The notes beneath the pieces are model-generated. The model was not told the origin of the DNA, made no database searches, and worked only from the letters and a program-made list of their open reading frames with translations. From contig OY740784.1 of assembly GCA_963514005.1 (NCBI GenBank), forward strand, positions 88,412,001 through 88,476,000: a stretch of 64,000 nucleotides of DNA, given 5' to 3'. Below, in pieces: positions 36,305 to 48,389 of this stretch; position 1 is the stretch's first letter, and each line of letters starts with the position of its first letter. The position numbers and the translations under genes are program-made. This DNA comes from Raja brachyura (Eukaryota).

Positions 36305-37427
36305 ACCAGGTATTGACATGGATGGAGAATTGGTTGGCAGACAGGAAGCAAAGCGTAGGAATAAACCGGTCTTTGTCCGAATGGCAGGCAGTAGCGAGTG
36401 GAGTGCCACAAGGCTCAGTGCTGGGGCCGCAACTATTTACAATATATATTAATGATGTAGATGATGGAATTAAAAGTAACATTAGCAAATTTGCAGAAGA
36501 CACAAAGCTGGGTGGCAGTGTGGACTGCGAAGAGGATGCTAGGAGGTTGCAGGGTGACTTGGACAGGTTGAGTGAGTGGGCAGATGCATGGTAGATGCAG
36601 TGTAATGTGGATAAATGTGAGGTTGTCCACTTTGGTGGCAAGAACCAGGAGGCAGATTATTATCTCAATTGCGTCAGATTAGGAAAAAGGGAAGTGCAAC
36701 GAGACCTGGGTGTCCTTCTGCACCAGTCACTGAAAGTAAACATGCAGGTACAGCAGGCAATGGATAAAGCTAATGGCATGTTGGCCTTCATAATGAGAGG
36801 ATTTGAGTATAGGAGTAAGCAGGTCCTTCTGCTGCTGTAAAGCGCCCTGATGAGACCACATCTGGAGTATTGTGTGCAGTTTTGGTCTCCTAATTTGAGG
36901 AAGGACATCCTTGCTATTGAGGCAGTGCAGCGTAGGTTCACGAGGTTAATCCACGCGATGGTGGGACTTTCATATGAGGAAAGATTGGAAAGACTGGGCT
37001 TGTATTTACTGGAATTTAGAAGGGTGAGGGGATCTTATAGAAACACATACAATTATAAATGAACTGGACAAGCTAGATGCAGGAAAAATGTTCCCATTGT
37101 TGGGGGAATCCAGAACCAGGGGCCACAGTCTAAGAATAAAGGGGAGGTCATTTAAAACTGAGATGAGAAAAAACTTTTCCACCCAGAGAGTTGTGAATTT
37201 GTGGAATTCTCTGCCACAGAAGGCAGTCGAGGTCAATTCACTTGATGAATTTATAAGACAGTTAGATAGAGCTCTAGGGGTTAGCGGAATCAAGGGATAT
37301 GGGGAGAAGGCAGGCACGGGTTACTGATTGTGGATGATCAGCCATGATCACAATTAATGGCAGTGCTGGCTCGAAGGGCCAAATGGCCTCCTCCCGCACC
37401 TATTTTCCATGTTTCGATGTTTCTATG
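36305..37427 (+). mobile_element. CR1 LINE 3' portion (RT)
   Basis: SGVPQGSVLGPQLFTIYIND, KFAEDTKL, RPHLEYCVQFWSP, TRGHSLRIKG, TTTCTATG tail. Confidence 0.95.
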
Positions 37428-38149
37428 TCCAAAAACACTACACGCAAATCGAGCTTGGGCTGTCTGAAGCTGGTGCCATTATACCAATGTGTTCTAAGCA
37501 ACATGAGAAACCTGGGATTCCAGCATTCTGCACTGTGGTATATATTAAACGGTTCCTTTTATTGTAACTTGCCAGCCTCTGTGCCACTATGCTAAAGAAA
37601 ATCTTGCCTTCTACATTTAGGAGACATGTGGGCCTAAACTGACTTAACTCTGAATACTTTTTTTCTTGGGAATCAAAATTCCCACTGTTCTATGTCAAAC
37701 TCTTGGTATAACCAGCTTCTCCCAAACTATACGTAAGAGCCTCCACAAGAATCTATGCACATCAGTTGCACTTTTATGTACCCGGTAAAGGACTTCATTC
37801 GGCCCTGAGGCTGAAGAAGCCTTTGCACGTCATATTACGACTTCCACTTTGCTGGCAAAACATCTAACTTATACTCTATCTCTCCTAAGAGTGGTATATA
37901 TGGAGGGAAACACATTCACCTTTTTTTTCAGGATTCAAGTATGTCCTTTTTAAATATTCCTCTAACACCTCCGTTGAAGCATTGAGCTTTCCACTTTTTT
38001 CCTGACTACACATTATTTTAACAAATTTAAATGGATCCCTATAAAATGCTGATCTGACTCGCTCCTTCTTCTTTCTCTTCCTCCTAAGGTGTTCTGCCCT
38101 CCTTAATATTGCTAACCAATCTTATTAACTCTTCTTGCAAAATAGACCG

Positions 38150-38660
38150 CACATGGGTACAATCAAGCCACACAAAAAGTACAGAAGATAGTGCAAATAA
38201 ATTAGAGCGTAAAACAATAGTGTTGTGTGTTATAGCTACAGAGAAAGTGCAGATTTAAAAACTGCATGGCCTGCGATGATGTAGGTTGGGAGAATGGTGC
38301 TACACCCTTAGCTAATGAGAGGGCTGTTCAGTAGTCCAATAACAGCTGTTTCTGAATCTGGTAGTACATGCTTTCAAGATTTTGTATCTTCTGCCCAACG
38401 GGATGGGGAGAAGAGGGAATGATCGTGGAATAGATCGTGGAATGATCCTTGATGATGTTGGCTGCTTTCCTGAGGCAACATGAAGAGTAGCTGGATTTGA
38501 AGGGGGTGAGGGTGGGGGTAGGTAGGCTGGTTATCGTCTTGGACTGGGCTGCATGCACAATGTTGCAATTTCTTGCACTCTTGGCCAGAGAAGATACCAA
38601 ACCAAGTCATCCTGCATCCTGGTAGGATGCCTTCCACGGTGCGTCTGTAGAAAGCCAGTC
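38150..38660 (-). mobile_element. Rex1/Babar-like 3' fragment, old
   Basis: FYRRTVEGILPGC.MTWFG, CCLRKAANIIKDH. Confidence 0.7.
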
Positions 38661-38829
38661 TGGCCAGAAATATTTTATGGAGACATAACATTCTAAAAAT
38701 GTATTGGATTATTTATTTTGGATCACCACTTTTCATAATTGTTTTGTGCACACTCGAGCTTTCTTTGAAGAACTTCCACAGTGTAAAACCATTTGATACA
38801 AACACAAGTTTCCACTTGGTTAGCCAACG

Positions 38830-39540
38830 TAGATTAATTCACACTTTCTTGTGCTGAAATCCATCTTCCAGTGATTGCTTGAACATTTAATCTGTTAACA
38901 TCTCATTGTAAATTTATGCTCCTGTGGGACTATTTACAATGCCACCCACTGTTATGTCATCAGCAAACGTGGATACATGCCATGCTGTTTCCTTACCTAA
39001 GTCATTGGTGAATGGAGAATACTACAAGTCACTTATTTCCATTGCATTAGCCCTATTCTTTGCCCTAATCTCCTCTGATTAGTTAAAATATTTGGCTTCA
39101 TTACCATGAACTGGAATTTTAACTAACCATCTTTTTTGAATAGTTTTATCAAATACCTACTTGGAATACATATAAACTACATCCTGCAGACATTTCCCTG
39201 TTCACTACTTTAGTTATTACCTCAAAAACATAATTAGGCTCACTTGATTTAACCTGCCCATCATAAAATCATGTTGTGTATCTCAAATTACCTTAAACTA
39301 TTTCAGCTCCTGCCCCTAATTAGAGATTCTGACAATTTCCTATGACAGGTTAGTAGACCAGCATAATTTCTTGGTTTCTTTATCTCACCTTAAACAGTAG
39401 AGTTATGGTGGCACTTTTCAACACCAGAAGGATAATTCTTGAATAAAAAGAGGTTTTGAAAAATCATTTAGGATTCTTTCACCCACTATTTTATATCCGG
39501 CCTTGAAAACCGTCATTTCCTGCAGATCTGTCCATCTATC
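38830..39540 (-). mobile_element. Old CR1 remnant
   Basis: Reverse strand STFADDI-like and F.VGI.DK motifs, heavily decayed. Confidence 0.5.
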
Positions 39541-39559
39541 TCTTTTATGATAGGTAATA

Positions 39560-40110
39560 TGGATGCCTAGGAACTTGAAGCTGTTGGACATCTACAACAC
39601 AGCCTGAACAAGGGTCTTGACCCTAAACGTCGCCAATTCCTTCTCTCCATACATGCTGCCTCACCCGCTGAGTTACTCCAACATTTTGTGTCTATCTACA
39701 ACAGCTATATTGATGATGACAGGGTTCTCTTTATTCCCTTGCTTCCGAAAGTCAACAGCCAACTTTTTTGTATTGCTGACATTAACGGGTATGTTATTGT
39801 CCTAACATCATGACACAATCTCTTTCTTGTACTTCATCTCATGGTTGTTGTAGATCCGGCCAACAACAGTGGTATCATCAGTGAACTTAAAGATCACCAT
39901 ATGGTTGCAGTTGGCCATACAACTATGGGCGTAGAGAGAGCAGAGCAAGGCATTGAGCACACTGCTCTGAGGCACCATGATTGAAGGTCATGATATAGGA
40001 AAAGTTATCACCAATTCTATTCGACTGAGGTCTGTCGGTCAAGAAACCCAGAAGTCAATTGTCGATGGAGGCCTCGAGGCCAAGGTCCAAACGCTTAGGG
40101 GTGAGCAAAC
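39560..40110 (-). mobile_element. Rex1/Babar RT remnant interrupted by a PLE terminus (39600-39700)
   Basis: KFTDDTTVVGRI, NVSNTKKLAVDFRK, FKFLGIHI. Confidence 0.72.
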
Positions 40111-41639
40111 TTGTCTCACAAGGAGAAAGGAATTTCAGATGGCTTAGCTTAACTTTTGAGGTGGGTTTGAAGGAGGGGGGGATTTAAAATCGCAATTTCA
40201 CCCCTTCTGACCTTGCACAGAAGTGAGACAATTGGCAGATTGGAAATAAGAACTTTTGGTGTGCAAGACTTCTGTCTGAAACATACATTTGACATGTTGC
40301 ATTGGTCCAGAAACCCCAGTGGGGATTTATCTATGAAATATCAACCTTTTGCTTACATGCTCCTCTCAGATGGCCAGGCCTTGAGTAGACTAACCAGTGC
40401 TCCTCAAGAGCACTGTTAAGGACTATGCAAAACTGTGACTCGTATATCTGTTAATTTTTTGCCACCAAGAAAGTAACACATTTTGACATCTTTACAAACT
40501 TTTGCTGATAAACTCTGGGTGTTCTGCTTTTTTACGAGGTGAAACAAAAATTGAAATGTTCCTTGAACAATTTTCAACATGATTGCTTTTAAAAAATATT
40601 CATGGGAAAATAAAGTATTGTCCCCTCGGAATTAATGAGCACCACCAATCACGTCAGTCAAAACATTAAAAGCTGAGCACAAGGGAGAAAAAAGTATTTT
40701 TGGAACAGCAATGGCTGGTTTAAATTCTCTTTGCACTGGAAACATAATCGATTTCTGGATAAATTGTCTTGCGATGCATTGGGCAATGCTGCATCTCCTG
40801 TAGAGCTATTCAGTTAACATCTCTTTGGCTTCAGAAGATTTATTCATTTCTGGAGTCAGTTATTTCCAAGCAAAGGATTTCTGTGGTCCAAAGGGAAAAA
40901 AATGTTTATTAAATGCATTTCATGAATTTGAAGTGCATAAAATATTGGACATACAATAACATACAAATTAAACTGCATGCTGCATATGTTAATTCACCGA
41001 GCAGCTCAATTTTTTAGTGAAATGCGATCATGAACTTATGGCGCACACACTGCATAATGCGACTTTTGATTGCTTGATTTCATGAGCATGTGCACCTCTG
41101 CGTAGAGTGTGCATGTATGGTATGCAATGCACAGGAAGCAACATACCTGTGAGATTGATACATGGGAAATCATATATAGATAGAAAACATATGAAAATAC
41201 GTCTAGACATTTGGTACGAGTTGCATACCACAGCAATTTATGACATCATTAATTAGTTACAGTTTTTTTTTACAGAATAAATTGCAAGAGTTACATTCAC
41301 CAGGGTCAATTACTGCATTAGAAGTTTTGAAACACATTTGGGACATCATGAACCTTGGTTTGCTTCATTGTAATTGCAACTTGTTTATTCATAGGTTTTA
41401 TCCAGCTATAATTCCACACCCTTTTGAGGGAGGTCCACTGCAAATCTGTGTTTCATTCCAGCCCATTACCCTCTCAAGCTGAGTCACCTTGATCCATATC
41501 AGTAAAGCAAATGGCCTATCAATAATATGATGGAAAACAGGAGTCAGTCAGGCAGAGGCATGGCTTGGAGGAACAGGTTTAAAGAAAGGCTAAAAGTGAT
41601 GGAGGAATATACAGTATAATACAAACTTGAATGATAGGC

Positions 41640-42450
41640 TGATCAAGAAGAGGTTGATATGATCCAAGGGTGAGTGGAAAATTGGAAAAAAGTTAGCTCA
41701 GTCACTGTAAGTTGATTATAATGATTGACAAATGTTTTTGTGACTGAAGGGTGTTTTCCATAGGGGTCTAGGAGGCCTAATCTTTTCATTGTACTTATGA
41801 CCAATTGTAAATGTAGGGGACATAATAAAAAGTTGGCAAGAGGGAACAAATTGGCCATGTAGTTGACATGAAAGAGGAATGCTTTTGACTTCGGGAAGTT
41901 ATTGGTGATCATGTCCATTAGGCAGAGAGTGTCAGAGGGAGGTTAGTCCGGTGAAGTTAATGCACTTGCGGATTTCAGTGTGGCAGGAAATATGCAATAA
42001 ATGGGAAGAAATTTAAAGGAAGAAGCCATAAAGATAGCCGGACATGTTAATGAGATGATTCAAGAGGCACAATGTATGCTTTTTGTTTATTAACCATGGC
42101 ATTGAATATAAGAGTGGGACTTGTCAGGCCATAGGTCTGATTGCACTGGAGAGGGTCAGATGAGATTTAGAAGATTTGCTGCTAGGACTGGAATATCACA
42201 TCAATAAAGGTAAATTAGACAGGCTTTCTTTGGAAACTTTCCGAGGAGAACATTAATTGAGATTTATAAAATTATGAGTGACCTGGTGCAGCAAATAGAA
42301 AGGACCGATGCCACAAGGATGGAAATGATGAGGCTGAGGTTTAAAGCAACTGGGGGGAGATGTAGAAGAGAGATGAGAAATGTGTTTGCCACCGAGGATG
42401 ATGGTGGTTTCAGGGCCACTGCCTGTCAGAGTGGTGTTTTTAAGTATCAT
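41640..42450 (+). mobile_element. Old CR1 remnant
   Basis: Decayed CR1 C-terminal motifs (LIEIYKIMS, FKATGG, EMRNVF). Confidence 0.55.
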
Positions 42451-43476
42451 CAAGACCAAGTGGGACCCGTTGGATCCCGTCCCCTCAACACGCAGTTGCG
42501 GTGGGGGGTGGCCGGCCTGCAGCAGCACACACACACACACTAACCACCCACCACACACACACTAACCCCCCCTTTGATATTATATTACTATTATTCATTT
42601 GCTCCTTTTCCCCATCCCCTGCCCTATCCACTCACGCATAGCCCCCAACTGCACAGGTGCAGTTAGAGAGGGAGACGGAGGGGGGGTAGAGAGGGAGGGG
42701 GATGGGGTACAGAGGGAGAGGGGGTAGAGAGGAAGGGTAGAGGGAGGGGGAGGGGAGGGGGTGGAGATTGAGAGGTCGGGGGGCGAGCAGCATCACAGGG
42801 GAGGGCTGGTCATCAAACGCAATACTCCACCACTCACCCATAGGTCCCACTACTCACCACTCCCAAGAGAGGGAGGGGGGTAGAGAGGGAGAGTGGGTCA
42901 GAGAGGGAGGAGGGGCAGAGAGGGAGAGGGCAGAGAGGGATGGGGCAGAGAGGGAGTGGGTAGAGAGGGAGGGGGTACAGGGGGAGGGGATAGAAAGGGA
43001 AGAGGTAGAGAGGGAGGGGTGCAGAGTGGGAGGGATGCAGAGTGGGAGGGGGCAACTTGTTCTATTTGATCTTATTTGATTGTGCATGCCAGATTGATTG
43101 CATTTGTGGAAACACGTGAAGGTTGCAATCTCTCACCCCTGTCCCATTGTGATCTCATATGTAATTGAGATCCATTGTGATTGGACGTCTGTGAGATGGC
43201 ACTGTGACATCATCAATGGAAAGTGCTGCGAGTCAACCACTGAAAAGCAGTTTAAAAAAAAAAGATTAAAACTGAACAACTGAAAATATAGGTTGGAATG
43301 CGATGGGAATATGTCAAGGAAAAACATGTGAGTAGCATGTGTGAAAATGGGAAAGCTGTGGCCAAGCGTTTTGGAAGAAGATACAAATTAAGGAGATTAA
43401 AAGAAAGCCAACACAACCCTGCATACAAACGGAAATTTAGAATGTTGAGAACAAAGGGAAGAGTTTTAGAATAATA
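42451..43476 (-). mobile_element. Non-autonomous Helitron copy 1
   Basis: Reverse strand ends with hairpin GGGATCC-AAC-GGGTCCC then ACTTGGTCTTG (CTAG variant); contains CA and purine-rich microsatellites. Confidence 0.65.
43053..43139 (-). mobile_element. Short SINE-like element, 5' part, with HDV-like ribozyme signatures
   Basis: Minus strand GGGGTGAGA-GATTGCA-ACCTTCACGTG-TTTCCACAAA-TGCAATC; body shared with 56654-56758. Confidence 0.6.
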
Positions 43477-43773
43477 CTAGACTATGTGGGACCCATTGGA
43501 TCCCATGTTCACATGAGAGGGCTGGTCCCCCAACGCAATATTCCACCTCTCCACCAATTCCAATATTGGTGGCCAATGGGGGTTGGGGGGCTTTCTGGAG
43601 CACTAGTATGGGTGTTGTGGGCTGAAGGGACTGGTTTCCAGGCTAGTATGGACATTGTGGGCCAAATGGATTCTTGGGGTGCCAGCTCAGTCACTCAAGC
43701 CTGATGTGCTGGCAGCTCACTCACGGCTGATGGCCTGGCAGTTGACTCACGGCTATTCCTTGAAATTCCATTT

Positions 43774-44118
43774 CAAGCAGGGTGCAAGGCCACAAAAGTC
43801 AAGTGTAGTTTCATAACATTTCAAGCAGAGTGCAAGGCCACCAAATTCAGGTGCAGTTTCCTACCACTTCATTCAGTGTTCAAGGCCACTGAATTCAAGT
43901 GCAGATTCCCACCACTTCAAGCAGGGTGCAAGGCCACCAAATTCAAGTGGAGTTTCCGACCACTTCAAGCAGGGTGCAAGGGCACCGAATTCAAGTGCAG
44001 TTTCCTACCACTTCAAGCAGGGTGCAAGGCCACCAAATTCATGTGCAGTTTCCTACCACTTCAAGCAGGGTACAAGGCCACCACATCCAAATGCATTTTC
44101 ATACCATTTCAAGCAGGG
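43774..44118. repeat. 48-nt minisatellite, about 7 copies, inside the Helitron
   Basis: Unit CAAGCAGGGTGCAAGGCCACCAAATTCAAGTGCAGTTTCCTACCACTT. Confidence 0.93.
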
Positions 44119-44534
44119 TGAAACCACCATAAAACCACCACAAAACACCACATAAGCACCACATAAACACCACATTTACAGTTCAGTAGACATTCAGTGT
44201 GTTCAGTTGATTCACAGCTCAGACAGAGTCGTGACCTCTCCCTCCCCCATCTTGCAGAGACTGAGCCATACCCACACTTCCGGGTTTTATAATCCTTCCC
44301 GCCAGAAGGGGCGTGGTCTCCATGACGTGATTAACAGGAGAGAAATTCTCAAATTTTTTAAAATACTAATAACACTTTTATTTCCCATTGATGGGAAGAA
44401 TCCTCTGCACCTGATGTGCGGAGGGGGACTGAGTAAGATGGCCAAAAATCACATCCGTAAGTGGTAGCATTTTATCTAAAATCAATATACAGTGCAAACA
44501 GGTAGTTGTCAATTTTAGACTTTTAATCATTTGC

Positions 44535-44705
44535 ATTTCAAACCAACCATTTGCTGTGCTTTATTTCAAACCAACCACCACCAACCATTTGCTGGGCTTT
44601 ATTTCAAACCAACCACCACCAACCATTTTCTTTGCTTTATTTCAAACGAACCACCAACCATTTGCTGTGCTTTATCTCCAACCAACCACATTTTCAAACC
44701 ACATT
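44535..44705. repeat. ~35-nt tandem repeat inside the Helitron
   Basis: AACCATTTGCTGTGCTTTATTTCAAACCAACCACC repeated about 4-5 times. Confidence 0.85.
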
Positions 44706-45099
44706 AAGAGCACTCAAGGTCAGTAAAACCACACTCACAGTTTAGTAGACATGTGTTCAGTGTTATTCACAGCTCAGACTGGGAGACGTGACCCTCACGC
44801 TCCCCCATCTTGCAGAGACTGACTGAGGCACTCAACACTTCCGGGTCTTATAGTCCCTCAGGAAGGGGCATGGCCTTCAGGAGAGCGAATCTCAACATTT
44901 TTTAAACACTAATAACTCTTTTATTTTTAATCGATGGGAAAAATCATTTTTTCCTGCGCAGCGGAGGGGGACTCTGAGTAAGATAGCCAAAAATCACAGC
45001 CATACATGGCAGCGTTTTTTTTCTAAAATCAATATACAGACAACAGGAGGTGGTCAAGATCATACTTTTAGTAATATAGATAGATATAGATGTCAAAGT

Positions 45100-45270
45100 A
45101 TATTTTTAAGGAAGTGATAGATAGATTTTTGATTAATACAGGTGTCAGAGGTTATGGAGCGAAAGCAGGAGAATAGGGTTAGGAGGGAGAGCTAGATCAG
45201 CCATGATTGAATGGTGGCGTACACAATGGATGAATGGCCTAAAGTGCTCCTATCACTTATGACCTTATGG
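45100..45270 (+). mobile_element. CR1 3' tail
   Basis: GTCAGAGGTTATGG...GATCAGCCATGATTGAATGG...CTTATG repeats. Confidence 0.78.
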
Positions 45271-45385
45271 TAGAAGCAAAACCCTTGATCATATTTTAAA
45301 ATGTGACTTGGTGCGTAATAGAAGAGATGTGACCGACAGAACCATGAAGCAAGGCTTGGAAGGTGGGGCTACTCATGCTACATAC

Positions 45386-46076
45386 CAGAAATTTCATTGG
45401 CCAGGTCAGTCATACAATTAAATGCAACAAATCACTCAAAAACACATTTTAACATGAACATCCACTGCAGTGACCCCTACACATTCCTCACTGTGATGGA
45501 AGGCGAAATAAAGTTCAAGTCTTTCATTTTGTTCTTCGTCGGTCAGGGGCCTTGAGCCCTCCGTTGACAGGACGGTCTTGACTCCCGTAGCCGGCAGCGT
45601 CCGGGCCCTCCGCATCGAGGCGTTCAGTTCCTGCATCGGGGGGATGTCACCTCCCCCTCGCCGGGCGATCGAACCTCGTGTCGGGGCTGGTTGAATCTTC
45701 CGCGGCGTTGGAGCTCCGACTAACCTCTCCCGAAACTGCTAGCCCTAGATGGTAAGTCCACAGGCTGCGGTGTGAGCGATCCCAGGCAAGGGATCCGCTC
45801 CAATGTTAAGTCCATGCCCCGCGGTGGGGCTCACAACAGTCCGAGGAGGCCTCCAGCTCCAGTGATGGTAGGCCGCAGAGCCCAGAGAATGTGATCCGAA
45901 AATTGATCTCCGGGAAGGTAGGAGCTTGAAAAAACGTTTCCCCCAATCCCCTCCCCCCTCACCCCACATGAAACATACCGAAGAACATTCAACCAAACTT
46001 TTAACGCACTAAAAAATAACAAAAAGAAAGAAAAACAAACAGACTGCCGGCAGGGCTGCCATTTCCCCGGCGGCCC
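45386..46076 (-). mobile_element. GC/CpG-rich non-autonomous retro-like repeat (family unassigned, Rex1-type termini)
   Basis: Reverse strand starts GGCCGCCGGGGAAATGGCAGCCCTGCC then T-rich; ends CCAATGAAATTTC; CpG-rich against an AT-rich background. Confidence 0.5.
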
Positions 46077-47417
46077 TGGTGGTCAATAGGCAAAGCTGGC
46101 ATTGTGAGCTTAATATCATGAATGGAGGAGTTGTAAATTGTTGCAAAATCCAAAAATTTAAAGAAAAATTCTTGTCAAGAGCAGTGAGGGGAAATTTTAT
46201 ATATGCATGATTGTATAAAATGGTTGTCAGTGACTTGAAGGTCTGCTTTTGCACATCTGCCACATTTATTTTCCACTAAATTTCAATGAAAAGTCAAAAT
46301 TACTGCCAATTTGTGTTGTGATGATGGTATTAATTAGGCATTTCAGGAAGAGATATTCTGCACTGACATAGAAAGAGAGGCTAGGGAATTATAATGCTGC
46401 AAGTTAGCAATCTAAGTGAAGATCTTTGTTAAAGGTATTTTGACAGCTACATATTTTATATCTTCAGAATTTGCAAATGGGCATTCCTCCGAGATAGCAG
46501 TTAAGGAAACAAGGCAAATAAGATTCCTGGCGAGATGGACCTACAGTAATGTGGAACAAATCAAGTTGAGTGAGACTGTGGGCATGAAAGCAATCACAGG
46601 TCATCAACCATGTGGAATCAGTTAGTCTCAGTGCTCAGCCAAACACAGAAGCCCAGATTTATCCAGAGGCCAAATGCTGGCAAATCTGATTCCTGATTCA
46701 TTGCCGGATCTACCATTAAGCAGAGCAATAATCAGTCTGCAATTCCCAAGTGCACCTAGAAGGTAAGCAATAGATTGTTCTTCAGGCTCATCACTTTCAT
46801 CAATGTTGGAAGGCCATTGCATATTTGGCTGGGTTACTCCATGACATTTGATTATAACTCCCAGGATACCTCCTTACTCCTTGTCTCCATTAACCATATT
46901 AAAATCATGCACATAAATTCCTGTTTCCCTTAACGGTGAATCACAATTACATTTATTTCCTCCAAGTTGACGATATACAGAGTACTGCCCTTCTGACTAC
47001 AAATTCCGTGAAGAACCCTGCCAGTCCGCATGCGCGTCATTACGTCTGACGCATGGCGCAGCGACCGGCTGGGAGGAGCAGCGCTTCTCCAGTGGTAAGT
47101 TTAAAAAGCTTCAGGTAAGTGTCAAACTTGTTGGAAGTCGTTTCTGCGCTGTAAATATCTTATTACCGGAGGACAAGTCCAAGCATGAAGAAATCGTTAA
47201 CAGCAAGGCGAGCCGTTGCAAAAGTAACTAAAGACCGCGGGAGTGCGGGTAGCGGGCGTCCGCCTAGCTCATCTATTGAGTCGCTAGTAACAAGACCAGC
47301 GACTACAGACTTGGTGTCTGAGGGCACCGTGGCTGCGCCGGAGGGGCATAAGGCCACCAGAAAGTCTGTCCGGCCGATAGACTCAGACGAGTCCGGAACG
47401 GGGGTTCTCCATCGAGA

Positions 47418-48377
47418 ATGAATACCGTAGAATGGATATCCAGGATGGAGCTCCTATTGGAGAGGATGCTCCATCAAGAGCACCGGCCTCTCCAAGAGCC
47501 CGTGCCAGCAGCACCTACAGGGCTGCCTAGTGTCTCCCTCTTGGAGGAGGAGAACATAACAGGTCCATACGATTCTGACGCCGAATATGTGGGCTTAGCA
47601 TTGGAGGCTGCCTCACGGGACAAAGGTCACGAGCCAGAGGTCCCATTCCTGGCGGCAAGGTTTGCCGTCCCAATAGACTCCGGAGAACCGCTGGGGGGAG
47701 AGCTGGCTGCCAGTATAAATTACTTGGCCTCGCACCAGCTTCAGGAGCTGGCCGTGGATACAACGGCCAAAAAGTATGAAACCCCGGCGAATCGTATCCT
47801 GCTTAAAGTGCCGACCGTAAACCATGCCATCTGGGGCCATATGGGCGTAGGCATCAGGGCGCAGGAGATAAAACTGCAAAGGGTGCTGAAGCTGCTCGCA
47901 TCTGGCATTACGGCTTTCAGTAGGTCGGTGGATGGTGGGCACCTGACTGAAGTTCAGCAGGATGCCCTGGCTCTCATGTGCAATGTGCACTATGAGATAA
48001 ACTGCCTTCGGAAGAGCGCCGTCCGCCCTACCATTAACCCGAGGTCCGCTGCCCTGTGTAAGCCTAGTAACTTCCAGCCACCAAACCTGCTGTTCGGGGA
48101 AGACCTTTCTAAGCGGGTGAAGGAGCTTGATGACGAGGCAAAAACCGTTGGGCTCATCAAGGCACCAGTGATCAGCAGAACCCTTCGGAGGCAGTACCCC
48201 AACAAGCAGTTTACTGAAACCGAGTCCGGTCAAGGACCAAGCCGGCCATTCAATGTGGCGCACTCCAGCAGGAATACAGGCAAATATGCCTTTTCCCTCC
48301 AGAACCAGGGGACAAAGAACTCCACCAGTAAGCATGGAGGTAGGTGCATCTGGTTCTTGTCGAAACATATTGAGTGA
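47418..48377 (+). pseudogene. DIRS B ORF1 (gag-like); probable frameshifted N-terminus at 47185-47421
   Basis: 319-aa frame, YETPAN..LLKVPTVNHAIW, RAQEIKLQRV, LLFGEDLSKRVKEL; homologous to copy A. Confidence 0.85.
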
Positions 48378-48389
48378 GAATTACCTACC

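Larger units (their letters stand above)
35150..38140 (-). mobile_element. HERO/NeSL-like (restriction-like endonuclease) non-LTR retrotransposon remnant, split by CR1 insertions
   Basis: LRRAEHLRRKRKKKERVRSAFYRDPFKFVK (about 38000-38115), GIPGFSCCLEH...VVFLDI | NAFGCLPHSLIW, GIMAGCNISPLAF, GYMDDMT. Confidence 0.78.
43477..45090 (-). mobile_element. Non-autonomous Helitron copy 2
   Basis: Reverse strand starts A|TCTATATCTATC and ends with hairpin GGGATCC-AAT-GGGTCCC, ACATAGT, CTAG|T; AT target, no TSD. Confidence 0.85.

Noticed and set aside
42660-43052. G-rich tract as a functional G-quadruplex or coding region
   Set aside because: Low-complexity purine microsatellite within a non-autonomous Helitron
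43774-44118. Regular repeats as a CRISPR array or a repeat-protein gene
   Set aside because: Contiguous 48-nt units with no unique spacers, no cas genes, and located inside a Helitron
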